From an uncultured cyanobacterium (GTDB taxonomy: Bacteria > Cyanobacteriota > Cyanobacteriia > Cyanobacteriales > CAWCAG01): a stretch of DNA of 64,000 nt. The notes under the pieces were generated by a model that was not told the origin of the DNA, ran no database searches, and was given only the letters and a program-made list of their open reading frames with translations. Positions within the stretch are counted from its first letter, which is position 1, and each line of letters begins with the position of its first letter. Shown here piece after piece: positions 61,602-64,000 of this stretch. The stretch covers positions 224,001 through 288,000 of the forward strand of contig CAWDOD010000004.1 of assembly GCA_963803805.1 (NCBI GenBank), given 5' to 3'. The translations under genes and the position numbers were made by a program.

Positions 61602-61756
61602 TGATCATTAAACATTTTAGCTTCTGGTAACTTGCCAAACTTAAAAATATTAATCACTAGTAACACACCCTATTCCAGAACAAACCGTATATTGAGAACT
61701 GATGCCCAATAGCAACAGCTTGCTGTACATTCTAGGGTTTACTCTTGCCGAAAACA

Positions 61757-62934
61757 TCACTGATCATTAATAAAGGCGATAGAAATACCTGCTACTAAAA
61801 AAGCGATTCCCCCCATAACTACTTGCAAAATTGGAGTTAGTTCAACTTGTCCTGCCATCATACTAAACAAACTCATACCGACACCAAAACCTCCAAAATA
61901 AGTACCAATTCCTAGCCCTCCACGGCTGGGGGGTACAGAGGATAAACCAAGGGGGATTGCACCATTAAGTACGAGACTGAATACGAAAGTTAAAATTAGT
62001 AGGGCAATTCCTACTATGAAAAAATTAGGGATAAAAGCTAGTATTGGTAACATAATTATAGTTACTCCTAAACCAATTAACATTGCTAAAGAATTACCAA
62101 CACGGCTAGCAAAAATGCCTCCAGGAATGGAAGCAAAGGCGAGAACAATACTAAAAATAAACATCCCCAAGTTAGTCTGACTTTCCCCCAAATTTCTAGT
62201 TAAGGTAGCAGAAACAGTCGGTAACAAAGAACGTAACCCCCAAGCAATACCTATCCCTGCCAAACAGACTAAACCAAGCTTGGTAAAGGAAAGAGGCATT
62301 TCATCTTGGGAAGCAACTTCATCTAACTGTGGTGGTTGGGGGGATAGAGGCGACGGAGAACAAAAGCTGCCCCCAATAGAGTAAAAGAACCAATACTGAA
62401 GGTAAAAGCAGATCCTAACTTCAAGATTATATTTTGGATAAATGGCTTAAAAGCCCCCACTAACCCAGCAATAAAAATTAAAATCCCCGTCGCCTGGGGA
62501 AACTGCTGCCTGGGGACAGCTTGCCATAACAAAGCCATAGCTGGAGAACGAAACATTGTCATAGCGATCGCCCAAGCAACAGCAAACCCCGGCAGCAGCC
62601 AACGCCAAACTTGTTGAGGATTGCCTAAAATAACTATAGTCGGTAAAGTGATAAATAAAGCTGAAGAGAGAATTACTCCCAAAGAAATGAAGGGAAAACG
62701 ATTACCAATAAATTGCTGAGTACGATCTGAGAATGCCCCAAACAGAGGTTCAAAAACTATGGCTAAAGCTTGTTCAATAATAATTATTGTTGCTGCCAAA
62801 CCTGCTGCAAAGCCTAGCTGGGCAAGCATCTTCGGCAAATAAATACTGTAGACAACCCAAGTTAAAGTGATTGCCCCTTGTATAAAAGCTAAAGCAAAAA
62901 CCCGAAGCCATAAGATCCGTTTTGGAGATAACAT
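61757..62934 (-). pseudogene. MFS transporter split by a 1-bp deletion in a G6 run at 62338-62343 (real lesion or sequencing error)
   Basis: ORFs 62323-62934 and 61757-62299 join as YPPQPPQLDEVASQDEMPLSF if one base is added; GAFSDR motif A; 392 aa when repaired. Confidence 0.8.
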
Positions 62935-63009
62935 TGTCTCAAACCCGTTTGAACAGTTACAGTTTAGTTTCTAGGAATGATAAATGTTTAAGGTTTAATG
63001 ATAAATTAT

Positions 63010-64000
63010 ATGAAGCAACCCCATTTTGATATTATTGTTGTCGGCGGCGGTATTAATGGCACAGGTATTGCCCGTGATGCTCAGGGTAGAGGCTTATCAG
63101 TTTACCTCTGTGAAAAAGATGATCTTGCTAGCGCAACCTCTTCAGCAAGCAGTAAACTGATTCATGGGGGACTACGTTATCTTGAGTATTACGAATTTTC
63201 TCTGGTGCGTAAGGCCCTAAAAGAACGAGAAGTCTTATTAGCAATGGCCCCCCATATTATCTGGCCACTCCGATTTATTTTACCTCACAACCAACATCAA
63301 CGCCCCGCCTGGCTAATTCGTCTGGGCTTGTTTCTTTATGATCATTTAGCAAAGCGTAAAGTCCTCTCCGGTTCAAAACAAGTTAACCTCCATAAACACC
63401 CAGCAGGAAAACCTTTGCAGAATCAACATAAAATTGCTTTTGCCTATTCTGACTGCTGGGTTCAAGATGCACGACTGACGGTACTCAACGCTGTTGATGC
63501 CCATAATCGCGGGGCTACTATCGAAACCCGTACAGAATGTATTAAAGCACAACGTGTTGCTGATCTTTGGGAGGTGACAGTTCGCAATACCCAAACAGGG
63601 CAAGAAAAAGTTCTCTGGAGTAAAGCCCTAATCAATGCTGCGGGACCATGGGTTGCTAGCCTGATGGATGAGCGAAAGATCTGCGTTGATAATACTAAAC
63701 AAATGCGTCTAGTGCGAGGAAGCCATATTGTTACCAAAAAACTCTTTGATCATGACTATTGCTATATCTTTCAAAATGATGATGGCCGAATTGTTTTCGC
63801 CATCCCCTATGAAGGGGATTATACATTAATCGGTACAACAGAAGTTGATTACCAGGATGATCCTGCCAAAGCCACAGCCAGCGAGGCAGAAAAAGCTTAT
63901 CTGTGCGAAGTGAGTAACGACTATTTCCAAACCTCCATCACCCCCCAAGATATCATTTGGTCTTATGCCGGTGTACGTCCTCTGTTTGATGATGCTGCTG
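63010..64000 (+). CDS. glpD: FAD-dependent glycerol-3-phosphate dehydrogenase, 5' part (runs off window end)
   Basis: Manual translation: MKQPHFDIIVVGGGINGTGIARDAQGRGL...ATSSASSKLIHGGLRYLEYYEF...SDCWVQDARL...GSHIV...IGTTE...WSYAGVRPLFDD. Confidence 0.93.
   Translation, partial: MKQPHFDIIVVGGGINGTGIARDAQGRGLSVYLCEKDDLASATSSASSKLIHGGLRYLEYYEFSLVRKALKEREVLLAMAPHIIWPLRFILPHNQHQRPAWLIRLGLFLYDHLAKRKVLSGSKQVNLHKHPAGKPLQNQHKIAFAYSDCWVQDARLTVLNAVDAHNRGATIETRTECIKAQRVADLWEVTVRNTQTGQEKVLWSKALINAAGPWVASLMDERKICVDNTKQMRLVRGSHIVTKKLFDHDYCYIFQNDDGRIVFAIPYEGDYTLIGTTEVDYQDDPAKATASEAEKAYLCEVSNDYFQTSITPQDIIWSYAGVRPLFDDAA

Larger units (their letters stand above)
3850..62571. repeat. Dispersed HIP1 octamers GCGATCGC (22 counted by eye)
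   Basis: Examples at 3850, 5206, 7840, 18226, 20590, 25509, 29714, 37753, 46547, 57431, 62564. Confidence 0.85.

Overview
AT-rich chromosomal window from a cyanobacterium (petE, cmpABCD, NDH-1(3), flavodiiron genes, rnpB, and 22 HIP1 GCGATCGC octamers counted by eye). Left to right: partial LabA/NYN gene, metG, an alpha/beta hydrolase, an unusual long-form hisG divergent from rnpB, and a four-gene two-component cluster (6-PAS kinase, ethylene-binding-domain kinase, Rcp1-like receiver, receiver-kinase hybrid). Next come a YdcF gene, petE with a duplicated palindromic operator, a CBS-like kinase, pstSCAB with Pho boxes, several conserved small genes, an SDR and a frameshifted bioU. These are followed by pilB-pilT-pilC divergent from grpE-dnaK-dnaJ-tusA-rsgA, then crcB-UPF0182 and a cupin. 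A ~15.5 kb low-CO2 supercluster (flv4-sll0218-like-flv2 divergent from cmpABCD-ndhF3-ndhD3-cupA, with cupS inverted) precedes a GT39-like gene, Uma2, a secreted thioredoxin-like protein, a frameshifted MFS gene and a partial glpD. I found no CRISPR array, prophage or intact IS. The best candidates for something new are the ethylene-receptor-like signalling cluster, the plant/Chloroflexi-like HisG, the low-Ci supercluster with flipped cupS, and the SelN-like exported protein. All family assignments come from recognising motifs by eye; no searches were run.
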